Under the pieces are notes generated by a model. That model was not told the origin of the DNA. It searched no databases and saw only the letters and a list, made by a program, of their open reading frames with translations. A stretch of 64,000 bases of DNA from Thermotogaceae bacterium. Its GTDB lineage: Bacteria > Thermotogota > Thermotogae > B21-G9 > HyVt-16. The stretch is taken from positions 166 to 64,165 of the forward strand of contig JARRBB010000004.1 in the NCBI GenBank assembly GCA_029981435.1, written 5' to 3'. Positions 1-10,153 of the stretch are shown here, piece after piece. Positions within the stretch are counted from its first letter, which is position 1; each line of letters starts with the position of its first letter. Position numbers and translations under genes: made by a program.

Positions 1-853
1 CTTTTTCACCTATCGTTATAACTGTTCCACCATAACCTTCAAGCTCTTTAACCAATTTCATCTCTTCTTCATAACCTTCCTTAGTCAAATTAATCGTTAT
101 CAAACTCTTCTCATCCACTAAGGATTTTGGGCCATGCCTGTAATCAAGTGTTGGAAATGCTTCTGTATGTGATATTGTCATTTCCTGTAATTTCAATGAA
201 CTTTCCTTTGCTATACCGTAATACTCCCCAAATCCTAAGAAAACATAGTTATTATAATCTGTCAACCTCAACTTCTCAAATAATTCTTTCGATTGTTCTA
301 AAATATCCTGTGCTTTTTCTACAATTTCTTTTATCACTTCACTACTTTCACCGCTCACTTCCAATGCCAGCGCATTCAAAATCATCAATGTCGATGAAAA
401 GCTTCCTGTCATAACCACCGCTTCTTCATTAAGTGGAATGTGGATTTTTGAATCAGACAATTTTAAAAGTGAACTGTCTTTTTCACATGAAACACCAATT
501 ATATAACTATTATATTTTTTCTTTAGTACCTCTGCTGCTTTGACCGTTTCGGTTGACTCACCAGAACGTGATAGAACAAACGAAAGATACTTCCTTCCTT
601 CAATCAAAACAGCATCACTCGAATAAAGAACTTCAGAACCAACGATAGCTTTGCTTGGTTTCTTCAAAGTCCTCACAAAAAATCTCTCTGCTGCTTTTGC
701 CAAATGGTACGATGAACCACATCCCACAAAAAGGATCTCGTCATATTTAGAAAAATCAATACCCCTGAACAATGAGAGGATTTCATTTCTCAACTGGTAA
801 ATTTTTTGAATATTGTTTGATTCTTCAAAAACTTCTTTTTTAGTTATACTCAC
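1..853 (-). CDS. Tandem SIS-domain sugar isomerase/aminotransferase-like protein (AgaS/GlmS C-terminal-like). Partial: the C-terminus runs off the window start.
   Basis: Manual reverse-complement translation from a GTG at 853, preceded by a GAGGTG SD. It gives VSITKKEVFEESNNIQKIYQLRNEILSLFRGIDFSKYDEILFVGCGSSYHLAKAAERFF...SRSGESTETV...GVSCEKDSSL. The GCGSS and SRSGES motifs are typical of SIS domains. There is no stop before position 1, which is why the ORF track does not list it. Confidence 0.6.
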   Translation of the reverse strand, partial: MSITKKEVFEESNNIQKIYQLRNEILSLFRGIDFSKYDEILFVGCGSSYHLAKAAERFFVRTLKKPSKAIVGSEVLYSSDAVLIEGRKYLSFVLSRSGESTETVKAAEVLKKKYNSYIIGVSCEKDSSLLKLSDSKIHIPLNEEAVVMTGSFSSTLMILNALALEVSGESSEVIKEIVEKAQDILEQSKELFEKLRLTDYNNYVFLGFGEYYGIAKESSLKLQEMTISHTEAFPTLDYRHGPKSLVDEKSLITINLTKEGYEEEMKLVKELEGYGGTVITIGEK

Positions 854-871
854 AGTATTTCACCTCGCATT

Positions 872-1642
872 CTAAGGTTTTGCAAAAATGAAATTAAGCC
901 CAGATTTTTCATATTTTTCAATTAGCTTTGGCGACACACTGGAATCTGTTATAACTGCTTTTATCTCCTTCAGACCACAGACATATCCTGGAAAAACTTT
1001 ACCGAATTTAGTATGATCAGCTAAAACGTATGTTTCCACACTTTTATTTACAAAAGCTCTTGCGACAGCAGCTTCTTCACAACTTGCCATAGAAAAACCA
1101 AATTTTTCCGATATTCCATCTATTCCCATAAAAAGTTTTGAAATGTTGTATTTTTCAAGAAATCCAACAGCTTCGTGCCCAATACACTCGTAAGATTTTT
1201 CTCTAACCTTTCCACCAATTATTATTAACTCTATATCCTGTTTTTCTGTTAGTTTCATCGCTACATTCAGCGAATTTGTAATAACTCTCAGATTTTTAAG
1301 ATTAGATTCTACTATTTTTTCAACAAGCGCAAAAGTAGTTGTTCCACCACTTATAGCAATAAAATCATTGTCCATTAAAAATTCAAATGCCTTATTTGCT
1401 ATTTCACGCTTTTCATCCTGTTGAGTTGAATATTTTTCAGCAAAAGAAAGTTCAACATTTGGCAGTTCCAAAATGGCGCCATTGTATGTGGCTCTAATGT
1501 ACCCTTTCTCTTCAAGATACTTTAAATCACGCCTTATTGTCATTCGTGAAACCTTGAAAATATCACATAATTCTGAAGTAGTGACAGCTGTTTTCTCTCT
1601 TATATAATCCAGAATTTTCTGTCGCCTTACTTCTGCTAACAT
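872..1642 (-). CDS. DeoR-family transcriptional regulator (HTH plus sugar-binding domain).
   Basis: N-terminal wHTH (KILDYIREKTAVTTSELCDIFKVSRMTIRRDLKYLEEKGYI) and a DeoR C-terminal sugar-phosphate-binding domain. The likely start is the ATG at 1642, with a GGAG SD 8 nt upstream. The ORF track's longer form begins at a TTG. Confidence 0.8.
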   Translation of the reverse strand: MLAEVRRQKILDYIREKTAVTTSELCDIFKVSRMTIRRDLKYLEEKGYIRATYNGAILELPNVELSFAEKYSTQQDEKREIANKAFEFLMDNDFIAISGGTTTFALVEKIVESNLKNLRVITNSLNVAMKLTEKQDIELIIIGGKVREKSYECIGHEAVGFLEKYNISKLFMGIDGISEKFGFSMASCEEAAVARAFVNKSVETYVLADHTKFGKVFPGYVCGLKEIKAVITDSSVSPKLIEKYEKSGLNFIFAKP

Positions 1643-1647
1643 ATTTT

Positions 1648-2934
1648 TCATCTCCAAATATAATTAACTTTATTTTTCTCTTTGAATTCTTTCATATCTA
1701 TAAGTTTCCCGTTGTTTAAGCGGGACTCTTCTGCAGCAAAAGCCATAATGTGGCTTTCAAGTGATTCAATGGCCGAAGTACTTACCTTTGGATCTTCTTT
1801 TGAATATTTCAAAACAGATATTATGTACTTTATGAGTTCTTCATCTCCGCCACCATGACCATATTGATCCCATAATCTGACATTGTGAATTTCTTTGTCG
1901 AATGCAAACCGTTTAAGTTCCAAAGTGCCTTTTTCGAAATCACCAATTATTTCACCATGGGTGCCGAAAACCTTCAGAGTTCTGTTTATCTCATTTGTAA
2001 ATGCACTCATGGTAAATGAAGCACGAACACCATTTTCAAATTCTATGTTTGTTATCTGATGATCGACTACATTGTTATCACATTTATAAACACATCTTCC
2101 GTATGGTCCTGTCTTTAAAGCATGATAAACATTTTCAGGAGTAACCTCATCTACAATGGTGTTAACTGGCCATCCTTTGTAATTTGGAATAGTGTATATC
2201 TTCACAGCAGAATAAGGACATTCGCTTTCAATTGGGCAATCTAAACATCTGTCTGCTGCATTCTGGGGTTGATTCTCAGGTTTAAAATGTATCAATTCTC
2301 CAAATGATGTTAAATACTTTGCTTTTGAACCAACTAGCCAGTACAATATATCGAGGTCATGACAGCTTTTAGCCAAGATTGAAGGTGCTGCTTCGATTGT
2401 GTTACGCCAGTTACCTCTGACAAAACTATGAGCAAAGTGAAAGAAACCTATGTTTTCCTTGTGCTCTATACCAATCAATTTTCCTATTTTTCCCGAATTG
2501 ATAAGTTCACGTAGTTTTCTGAAGAATTTTGTGTATCTTAAAACATGTGCCACAAAAATTTTCTTACCTGTTTTTCTTTCAGCTTCAATGATCTTTAAGC
2601 AACCTTCTATATCGGTGGCCATCGGTTTTTCAAGAAGTAGATGGTAACCTTTTTCCAGTGCAATTACTGCAGGCTCTACATGCATCTTATCCATGGTAGA
2701 AATTATTGCAAGATCGGCAAATCTTTCTTTTGCTAAAAGTTGTTCCCAGCTTTCAAACTGATTTTCTTCGGGTATATTATGTATTTTCGAGATTCTCTCT
2801 CTCCTATATCGATTAGGTTCTGCAACCCCTACAATTTTGATCTTATCCTGGTAACGTAATATTAGATTTCCGTATGCATCGTAACCCCTACTTCCTGCCC
2901 CTAAAACCACAGCTTTGATTACGGCTTCTTTCAT
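1648..2934 (-). CDS. Gfo/Idh/MocA-family NAD(P)-dependent oxidoreductase.
   Basis: N-terminal Rossmann motif VVLGAGSRGYDAYGN. Length 428 aa. GAGGTGG SD before the ATG at 2934. Separated from the DeoR gene by only 5 nt. Confidence 0.75.
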   Translation of the reverse strand: MKEAVIKAVVLGAGSRGYDAYGNLILRYQDKIKIVGVAEPNRYRRERISKIHNIPEENQFESWEQLLAKERFADLAIISTMDKMHVEPAVIALEKGYHLLLEKPMATDIEGCLKIIEAERKTGKKIFVAHVLRYTKFFRKLRELINSGKIGKLIGIEHKENIGFFHFAHSFVRGNWRNTIEAAPSILAKSCHDLDILYWLVGSKAKYLTSFGELIHFKPENQPQNAADRCLDCPIESECPYSAVKIYTIPNYKGWPVNTIVDEVTPENVYHALKTGPYGRCVYKCDNNVVDHQITNIEFENGVRASFTMSAFTNEINRTLKVFGTHGEIIGDFEKGTLELKRFAFDKEIHNVRLWDQYGHGGGDEELIKYIISVLKYSKEDPKVSTSAIESLESHIMAFAAEESRLNNGKLIDMKEFKEKNKVNYIWR

Positions 2935-3089
2935 TCTATCCCCACCTCTTTTGATACAATATAACTAATTATAACTAAATATAGCACAAAAATTGTTATT
3001 TGTTGTTCAATTGTTATTATATCATCAAGAAGTTTTTTTTCAAAGAAAAAAGGTGTCCAAACAATTGGACACCTTTTCGTAATTACTTA

Positions 3090-3175
3090 TGGTGCCGGAG
3101 GCGGGATTTGAACCCGCACGGGCAAAGCCCACATGATCCTGAGTCATGCGCGTCTGCCAATTCCGCCACCCCGGC
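3090..3175 (-). tRNA. tRNA-Leu (anticodon CAG)
   Basis: Reverse complement is GCCGGGGTGGCGGAATTGGCAGACGCGCATGACTCAGGATCATGTGGGCTTTGCCCGTGCGGGTTCAAATCCCGCCTCCGGCACCA. It folds as a cloverleaf with a long variable arm, anticodon loop CTCAGGA, GTTCAAATC T-loop and an encoded CCA. Confidence 0.85.
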
Positions 3176-3182
3176 TCAAACC

Positions 3183-3258
3183 TGGAGCGGCCAACGGGAT
3201 TCGAACCCGCGACCCTCAGCTTGGGAAGCTGATGCTCTACCAACTGAGCTATGGCCGC
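3183..3258 (-). tRNA. tRNA-Gly (anticodon CCC)
   Basis: Reverse complement is GCGGCCATAGCTCAGTTGGTAGAGCATCAGCTTCCCAAGCTGAGGGTCGCGGGTTCGAATCCCGTTGGCCGCTCCA. The anticodon loop TTCCCAA gives CCC; the 3' end is an encoded CCA. Confidence 0.85.
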
Positions 3259-3396
3259 AAGCATCTTGATTATACCACAGCTTTTTTTAACACTCAATAT
3301 CCTTGATGAAAGTTCATTCAATTATATCAACATTTTCAAATACATGATATAATAAATTCGTGAAATTCATTACGAAAGCGGGAGGTGGAGTTTTAA

Positions 3397-4680
<1,284 letters not shown>

Positions 4681-4686
4681 TAAAAG

Positions 4687-5520
4687 ATGAGGGTAGAGAA
4701 ACGGTTAACCCTCATTGATAATAAAAGAGTCCTAGTAAGATCCTGGAGACTTGAGAGCCCCGGAAAACCGCGGGCTCTTCTTTTGATTGTTCATGGACTT
4801 GGTGAACATTCGGGAAGATATGAAAAATTCGCAAGAGATCTTCTAATTAAAAATGGTATCGATGTTTATTCTTTCGATCTTCCTGGTCATGGTGAAAGTC
4901 AAGGTTTGCGAGGTTACGTGTCAAAACTCGAAGATTTTTTCAAAATAATTCACGAACTTTCTAAAACTTTCAAATTCACGAAAAAGAAAGTAATATTTGG
5001 CCACAGTCTTGGTGGTTTGATAGCAACCAGATATGTTCAGGAATATCCCGAAGAATTCAATGGATTGATTCTATCGAGCCCAGCTCTTGCTTTCAACATT
5101 GACGAATCCATTAAAAATATACTTTCAATTTTGAAGTTTCTGAATCTCTTACTTCCATGGGTTACTACAAAAAACAGAATAAATCCAGATCTACTTTCAA
5201 GAAACAAAGAAGCTGTCAGAAAATATATAGAAGATCCTTTAGTTCATGATAGAATTTCAATCAGATTATTTTGTGAAATGGTGAAAAATTCAGAGTATGC
5301 GAAAAGAAAAATCGAAAATATCAAAATCCCAATTCTGTTGTTTGGTGGGACAGAAGATAAAATAGTTCCGTTTAATGGAGTTAAGTTATTATTCTCAAAA
5401 GCTTCCAACAGTCAGATAACTGAGTTTGAAGGAGGTTACCATGAACTATTTGAGGATCCTGAACACTACGGTCCTCTTTTGGAAACTCTCTCAAAATGGT
5501 TCGAAGAAAAAATAATATGA
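4687..5520 (+). CDS. Alpha/beta-hydrolase (lysophospholipase / monoacylglycerol lipase-like).
   Basis: GHSLGG nucleophile elbow and an HG oxyanion motif (IVHGLGEH). 277 aa. Confidence 0.7.
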   Translation: MRVEKRLTLIDNKRVLVRSWRLESPGKPRALLLIVHGLGEHSGRYEKFARDLLIKNGIDVYSFDLPGHGESQGLRGYVSKLEDFFKIIHELSKTFKFTKKKVIFGHSLGGLIATRYVQEYPEEFNGLILSSPALAFNIDESIKNILSILKFLNLLLPWVTTKNRINPDLLSRNKEAVRKYIEDPLVHDRISIRLFCEMVKNSEYAKRKIENIKIPILLFGGTEDKIVPFNGVKLLFSKASNSQITEFEGGYHELFEDPEHYGPLLETLSKWFEEKII

Positions 5521-5535
5521 ATGGAGAGAAAATAT

Positions 5536-6309
5536 ATGAATGATTTAGAATACAGGCTTGAAATAGCTAAAAAAGCAGCTCTTATTGCAGGAAATTATGT
5601 TAAGAAATCTCAATTCAATATAAAGAGCATAGATCATAAAACTAATGTGTTTGATCTTGTTACGAACGTCGATAAAAAATCCCAGGAAATAATCATCTCG
5701 GAACTTAGCAAAACTTTTAAAGGCGAGAATTTTATAGGTGAAGAACAAAAACATTCTGATTTTGCTAAAACAGGTTGGTATATAGATCCAATAGATGGTA
5801 CTGTAAATTTTATACACGGTGTTCAGATATTTGGTATATCTATTGCCTATGTTGAAGATGGCGAACCTGTTGTTGGCGTGATTTATTTACCCGTTTTTGA
5901 TGAGCTGTACTGGGCAGAAAAAGGAAAAGGTACTTACTTGAATGGTTTAAAAATAAGTGTTTCAAGCAGAAATAATCTTCAGGAATGCCTTGTTGTTGCA
6001 TCTCATTCTAACAATTTTCAAGGAATTGAAGAATTCGATAGGCTGAAAAAACTCATAGGTAAAATTAGAAGAATCAGAATGTTTGGAAGTGCCTGTTATC
6101 ATGCCTGCATGATTGCAAGAGGTGCTGTAGATGCTTTCTGGTCTCATTATCTTAAACCTTGGGACGTAGCGGCAGGATATCTACTTGTTAAAGAAGCCGG
6201 TGGAGAAATTCTAAATTTAGAAGGTTCGAAGGGTGACATATTTCGCAATGATTTGCTTTTTACAAATGCTAAAATAAGCAAAGATATACTAAAACTTTTA
6301 AAGGAGTGA
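5536..6309 (+). CDS. suhB: Inositol monophosphatase-family protein (SuhB/IMPase-like).
   Basis: IMPase metal-binding motifs IDPIDGT and WDVAAG. Start chosen at the ATG at 5536 with a GGAGAG SD. The ORF track's alternative start is at 5521. Confidence 0.8.
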   Translation: MNDLEYRLEIAKKAALIAGNYVKKSQFNIKSIDHKTNVFDLVTNVDKKSQEIIISELSKTFKGENFIGEEQKHSDFAKTGWYIDPIDGTVNFIHGVQIFGISIAYVEDGEPVVGVIYLPVFDELYWAEKGKGTYLNGLKISVSSRNNLQECLVVASHSNNFQGIEEFDRLKKLIGKIRRIRMFGSACYHACMIARGAVDAFWSHYLKPWDVAAGYLLVKEAGGEILNLEGSKGDIFRNDLLFTNAKISKDILKLLKE

Positions 6310-6314
6310 AAAAA

Positions 6315-6896
6315 TTGAAAGGTAGACTTGAAATAATAATCGGTCCAATGTATTCTGGCAAAACAGAAGAGCTTATAAGACGTATAATACGGAGACGCAT
6401 CGCCAAACAGGAAGGTCTGGTATTTAAACCAGTTATAGATACAAGAGACAAATCTTTAGTAAAGTCGAGAGCAGGGACGGTTATAGAAGCAATTCCTATT
6501 TCTCAGATATCTGACATTCTTAAATATATTGAAAAGGGAAAGGTAAATTTCATATCTATAGACGAGATTCAGTTTTTTTCAGAAACAATATATGATATCC
6601 TGGAAAATGTTTTGAATAAAAATATAGATGTTTTGAGCTCAGGACTCAACCTTGATTTCAAAGGTGAACCATTTAAAAGTGTGGAAGACCTGGTTATAAG
6701 GGCTGATGATATAACACTTCTAAAAGCGGTGTGTGTGGTTTGTGGAAAAGATGCAACACGGACACAGCGATTAGTTCTGAAAAATGGTAACTGGTTACCA
6801 GCTTCTAAAAGAGATGATGTGATACTTATAGATGGTTCAATAGAAAGTGTGAAATATGAACCGAGATGTAGAGATTGTTGGGAAATACTTGATTAA
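6315..6896 (+). CDS. tdk: Thymidine kinase.
   Basis: GPMYSGKTEEL P-loop and a C-terminal zinc ribbon (CVVCG...CRDC). Probable start is the TTG at 6315, preceded by an AAGGAG SD. The GTG at 6306 overlaps the SD. Confidence 0.85.
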   Translation: MKGRLEIIIGPMYSGKTEELIRRIIRRRIAKQEGLVFKPVIDTRDKSLVKSRAGTVIEAIPISQISDILKYIEKGKVNFISIDEIQFFSETIYDILENVLNKNIDVLSSGLNLDFKGEPFKSVEDLVIRADDITLLKAVCVVCGKDATRTQRLVLKNGNWLPASKRDDVILIDGSIESVKYEPRCRDCWEILD

Positions 6897-7548
6897 AAAT
6901 GTTATTACTTTAGGTTATAATTTAATAAATCAATTGTTCCCGAATACTTGTGTTTTGTGTGAGCAAAAAATTGATTTCAGACAAATATTGTGCCAAGATT
7001 GTAGAGAAAAAGTGTTTGGGGTTTTTCCTGTCATGTCTGTAAACAAAAAATTCAGGTTTCTTGATAAGCTATGGACTTTTACAAAATATGATGAAATAAG
7101 AGATGTTATAATAAATTACAAATTTACTCCAAGAATAAGGTTATCAAAAATACTCGCCGAAGCCCTGTATAAAGTATACCGGTCTTCTCCTGAACTCAAA
7201 AATATTCCTCATATAACTTTTGTACCCTCAACAAAAGTTTCAAAACTCCAGAGAGGTTTTGACCACATAGAAAAACTCACATATGAATTTTCAAAAGTTT
7301 CAAATACAGAACTTCTTAAATTTTTAAAAGCAATAAACAAAAAACCACAGATTGAACTAGACGGAAAAACACGAATTTCAAATGTCATTGGAAAATACAG
7401 AATAGCTGAAATAAAGACGATCCCTGAAAAAATAGTTCTGATAGATGACATTGTGACCACCGGTTCAACTATTGACGAATGTGCAAAAGTTCTGAAATCT
7501 ATTGGAATAAAAGAAGTTCATGGTCTCACGCTTGCATATAATTTTTGA
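6856..7548 (+). CDS. comF: ComF-family protein (competence-associated phosphoribosyltransferase, ComFC/GntX-like).
   Basis: N-terminal Cys pairs (CVLCEQ...CQDC) and the PRTase motif VLIDDIVTTGSTI. The start is uncertain and the ORF overlaps the tdk 3' end. Confidence 0.7.
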   Translation: MNRDVEIVGKYLIKNVITLGYNLINQLFPNTCVLCEQKIDFRQILCQDCREKVFGVFPVMSVNKKFRFLDKLWTFTKYDEIRDVIINYKFTPRIRLSKILAEALYKVYRSSPELKNIPHITFVPSTKVSKLQRGFDHIEKLTYEFSKVSNTELLKFLKAINKKPQIELDGKTRISNVIGKYRIAEIKTIPEKIVLIDDIVTTGSTIDECAKVLKSIGIKEVHGLTLAYNF

Positions 7549-7558
7549 AAGGATACGA

Positions 7559-7876
7559 TTGAAATTGTTGTGGATAATTTTGATCATCGTTATAACTATT
7601 GGTTTCTTAGTTTATAAAGTCTCGGGTAATAACGAAATTTCCTCAGAAACTGAAGAACTGATTTTTTCTCCACATGCTCTTCAAAGAATTCAGGAGAGAA
7701 ATATTCCTGAAGACCTTGTAAAAAATATCATCAACGATAGAAACTCTGTGGTTAACTATAGATTTGGGAACAGATTTTCATTGACAAACGGTGAAATAAC
7801 CGTCGTTTTGAGTAGACACTTCGACAAACTTGTTGTTGTAACGGTCTACTGGAACAGGAAAAAAAGAAAGCAATAA
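7559..7876 (+). CDS. Small membrane-anchored protein with a DUF4258-like domain (toxin-like fold). Function unknown.
   Basis: One N-terminal TM helix (LLWIILIIVITIGFLVY) is followed by SPHALQRIQERNI...VVTVYW, which resembles DUF4258 (assigned from memory, not searched). Start chosen at a TTG after an AAAGGA; the ORF track's longest form starts at 7520, inside comF. Confidence 0.35.
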   Translation: MKLLWIILIIVITIGFLVYKVSGNNEISSETEELIFSPHALQRIQERNIPEDLVKNIINDRNSVVNYRFGNRFSLTNGEITVVLSRHFDKLVVVTVYWNRKKRKQ

Positions 7877-7878
7877 AA

Positions 7879-8376
7879 TTCCAAGGGGGTGTAAAATTCA
7901 AATTCAAAGATCCCAATGGTTCGAAATATACGCTGGAGGAAGTAATTGAAAAAATACGAACCTTCTTCAAAGATAGCTGGCAAAATGAACTAATAATAGG
8001 GACAGATTCTCACGCTTACAATTCTTATACCGTATTTACCACTGCCATTGTTGCTCACCGCTTAGGTAAAGGAGCCACTTACTTCTACAAAACTTATATT
8101 TCTAAAGAATACTATGAATTACGTTCAAGAATTTTTAAAGAAGCTCAACTCAGTATAGATACTGCAAATCTTCTTTTAAAACAGCTTATCAATGAAGATT
8201 TTCAAAAAATTTCAAGAATTGAAATCCATGTTGACATAGGAGAAAAAGGCCCAACAAAAGAACTGATAAAGTCAATAACGGGTTTTATATCTGGTAACGG
8301 TTTTGATGTGAAAATAAAGCCAGATTCATATGCTGCGACAAAAGTTGCTGACAGGCATACACTTCATAAAAAATGA
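7879..8376 (+). CDS. YkuK/DUF458-family (RNase H-like) protein. The ORF lacks a canonical in-frame start codon.
   Basis: Manual translation in the frame that is open from 7816: ...KFKFKDPNGSKYTLEEVIEKIRTFFKDSWQNELIIGTDSHAYNSYTVFTTAIVAHRLGKGATYFYK...HVDIGEKGPTKELIKSITGFISGNGFDVKIKPDSYAATKVADRHTLHKK*. The IGTDS core is typical of DUF458. A strong SD (AAGGGGGTG, 7883-7891) lies just upstream. There is no ATG, GTG or TTG in frame until near the 3' end. Confidence 0.5.
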   Translation, partial: FQGGVKFKFKDPNGSKYTLEEVIEKIRTFFKDSWQNELIIGTDSHAYNSYTVFTTAIVAHRLGKGATYFYKTYISKEYYELRSRIFKEAQLSIDTANLLLKQLINEDFQKISRIEIHVDIGEKGPTKELIKSITGFISGNGFDVKIKPDSYAATKVADRHTLHKK

Positions 8377-8382
8377 ATTTCT

Positions 8383-9237
8383 TTAAATATTCCCAAAGCC
8401 ACTCAATACAAATCCTCTTATGTAATATCTCTGCAAATATAAAAAAACAACTACCATTGGAATAACCTGATATACAAGAGCAGTTAATATCAAATGTTGT
8501 GTTTCTGTAGTGGAAAATGCAAGAGATAGTCTGGATATTCCTACAGGCAATGTCATAAGGTGCTGTGAAGATGTTGTAACAATCAAAGGCCAGAGAAATG
8601 AATTCCATTGGCCTATAAACGTTAATATTCCGAGAGTCGCCAAAGCTGGTTTTAAGAGTGGTAGAATTATTGAAATATATATTCTAAATTCGGAAGCACC
8701 GTCTATTCTTGCAGAATCTAAAAGTTCATCGGGTATCGTCATTATGAATTGTCTCATCAAGAATATTCCATATCCGCTGACAACGAAAGGCACTATCAAT
8801 GAAAGATAATTGTCAAGCCATCCAAAGAGTTTCATCAAGTAATAAACAGGTATCAAAAAGATGAAAACAGGAAACATCATGGTTGACAAGACAAACCTAA
8901 ACATTATTTTTCTACCTGGAAATCTAAGTTTCGCGAAGGAGTAACCTGAGAAGGAACTTGTGAAGACCACTATCAAAGTTACTGTTATTGCAACTATAAA
9001 ACTGTTTTTATAATACATCAAGAGTGGTATCCTCTTTAAAACTTCTAAATAGTTATTCCACTGAGGTTTCGCTGGTAACCATTTGGGGACATCTGAAAGT
9101 AATTCCTCGGGTGTCATGAGAGAAGCAGAGAATAGCCAGAAAAATGGCAATATCATCCAAAAAGCTCCGAAGACTATTATAGAGTATCTTATAAATTCAA
9201 GTAATATTCTTACCTTTGCTTTTTTGTTTTTATTCAT
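8383..9237 (-). CDS. Carbohydrate ABC transporter permease (MalG-like).
   Basis: Six-TM permease with the EAA loop (DSARIDGASEFRIYISIILPLLKPAL). Confidence 0.85.
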   Translation of the reverse strand: MNKNKKAKVRILLEFIRYSIIVFGAFWMILPFFWLFSASLMTPEELLSDVPKWLPAKPQWNNYLEVLKRIPLLMYYKNSFIVAITVTLIVVFTSSFSGYSFAKLRFPGRKIMFRFVLSTMMFPVFIFLIPVYYLMKLFGWLDNYLSLIVPFVVSGYGIFLMRQFIMTIPDELLDSARIDGASEFRIYISIILPLLKPALATLGILTFIGQWNSFLWPLIVTTSSQHLMTLPVGISRLSLAFSTTETQHLILTALVYQVIPMVVVFLYLQRYYIRGFVLSGFGNI

Positions 9238-10126
9238 ATCCTTCTATACCTCCACGTCTAAATGTCCATAGAACCAACAAAGTTACCGAAAAAATGACAC
9301 AGAACAGTAAGAAAGCCCCAGCAGAAGCTCTGCCCATCCTTAAAGATTGAAAAGCTGTTTCATATACATACCAGGAAACAGTCATAACACTTTTGGCAGG
9401 CGCATTTCTTCCCATTATGAAAGGTAGATCAAAAACTTGCCAGGCACCTATCATCCCTGTCGCAGTTAGAAAAAGCAAAGTCGGTTTCAATAGAGGAACG
9501 GTTATATACCAGAATTGTTTGAAAGGACCGGCTCCATCTATTTTAGCAGCATCATAATAATCCTGAGGAATATTTCTCAATCCTGCTGTCAAGATCAACA
9601 TTGAACCACCGATTCCTGACCATATAGCGGTTAGCATTATTGAAAAAAGCGCTACATCTGGATCGGTTAACCAGTAAACTGGTTTGATTCCAAAGAGTTT
9701 CAAAAAGGAATTTAGTAAACCATTGTTTGGTCTATACAGATAACCCCAAATAGTACCAATCGCCACTTGAGGTGTAACAACAGGCGCAAAATAGATAAAA
9801 CGCCAAAGGACGGAGAATTTTGCACCATTTATAAGTACAGCGAATATCAAAGCAATGGTTAGTGAAACACTAACAGTTATCAGAGAATATGTTAAAGTAT
9901 TGAATAAGGCTCTCATGAACAATTCATTATTTAAAAGATACTCGTAGTGAGAGAAACCCACTACTCGGGCTCTTGATAATGGAACCAGCATATTCCATCT
10001 TCTTGTGGAAACAATAAAAGAAAATATAACGGGAAAACCAAAGAACAAAGAATAAAAAAGGACGGCAGGGAGCAAAAATATATACCCTGCCAATGTTCTT
10101 TTGTTTGGAGATTTGATCCTCATCAA
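9230..10126 (-). CDS. Carbohydrate ABC transporter permease (MalF-like).
   Basis: Binding-protein-dependent permease with EAA-type motif AAKIDGAGPFKQFWYITVPLLKP. It overlaps the downstream permease. Confidence 0.85.
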   Translation of the reverse strand: MMRIKSPNKRTLAGYIFLLPAVLFYSLFFGFPVIFSFIVSTRRWNMLVPLSRARVVGFSHYEYLLNNELFMRALFNTLTYSLITVSVSLTIALIFAVLINGAKFSVLWRFIYFAPVVTPQVAIGTIWGYLYRPNNGLLNSFLKLFGIKPVYWLTDPDVALFSIMLTAIWSGIGGSMLILTAGLRNIPQDYYDAAKIDGAGPFKQFWYITVPLLKPTLLFLTATGMIGAWQVFDLPFIMGRNAPAKSVMTVSWYVYETAFQSLRMGRASAGAFLLFCVIFSVTLLVLWTFRRGGIEGYE

Positions 10127-10153
10127 TTTCTCTCCCTTGCAAAGACTTTAAAA

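Noticed and set aside
127-414. Plus-strand 95-aa ORF.
   Set aside because: It lies antisense inside the clearly coding minus-strand SIS-domain gene.
3000-3321. ORFs 3000..3269 (+) and 3040..3321 (-) from the six-frame track.
   Set aside because: Both lie entirely over the tRNA-Leu and tRNA-Gly genes. The GC-rich tRNA sequence creates chance open frames. They have no SD or homology features.
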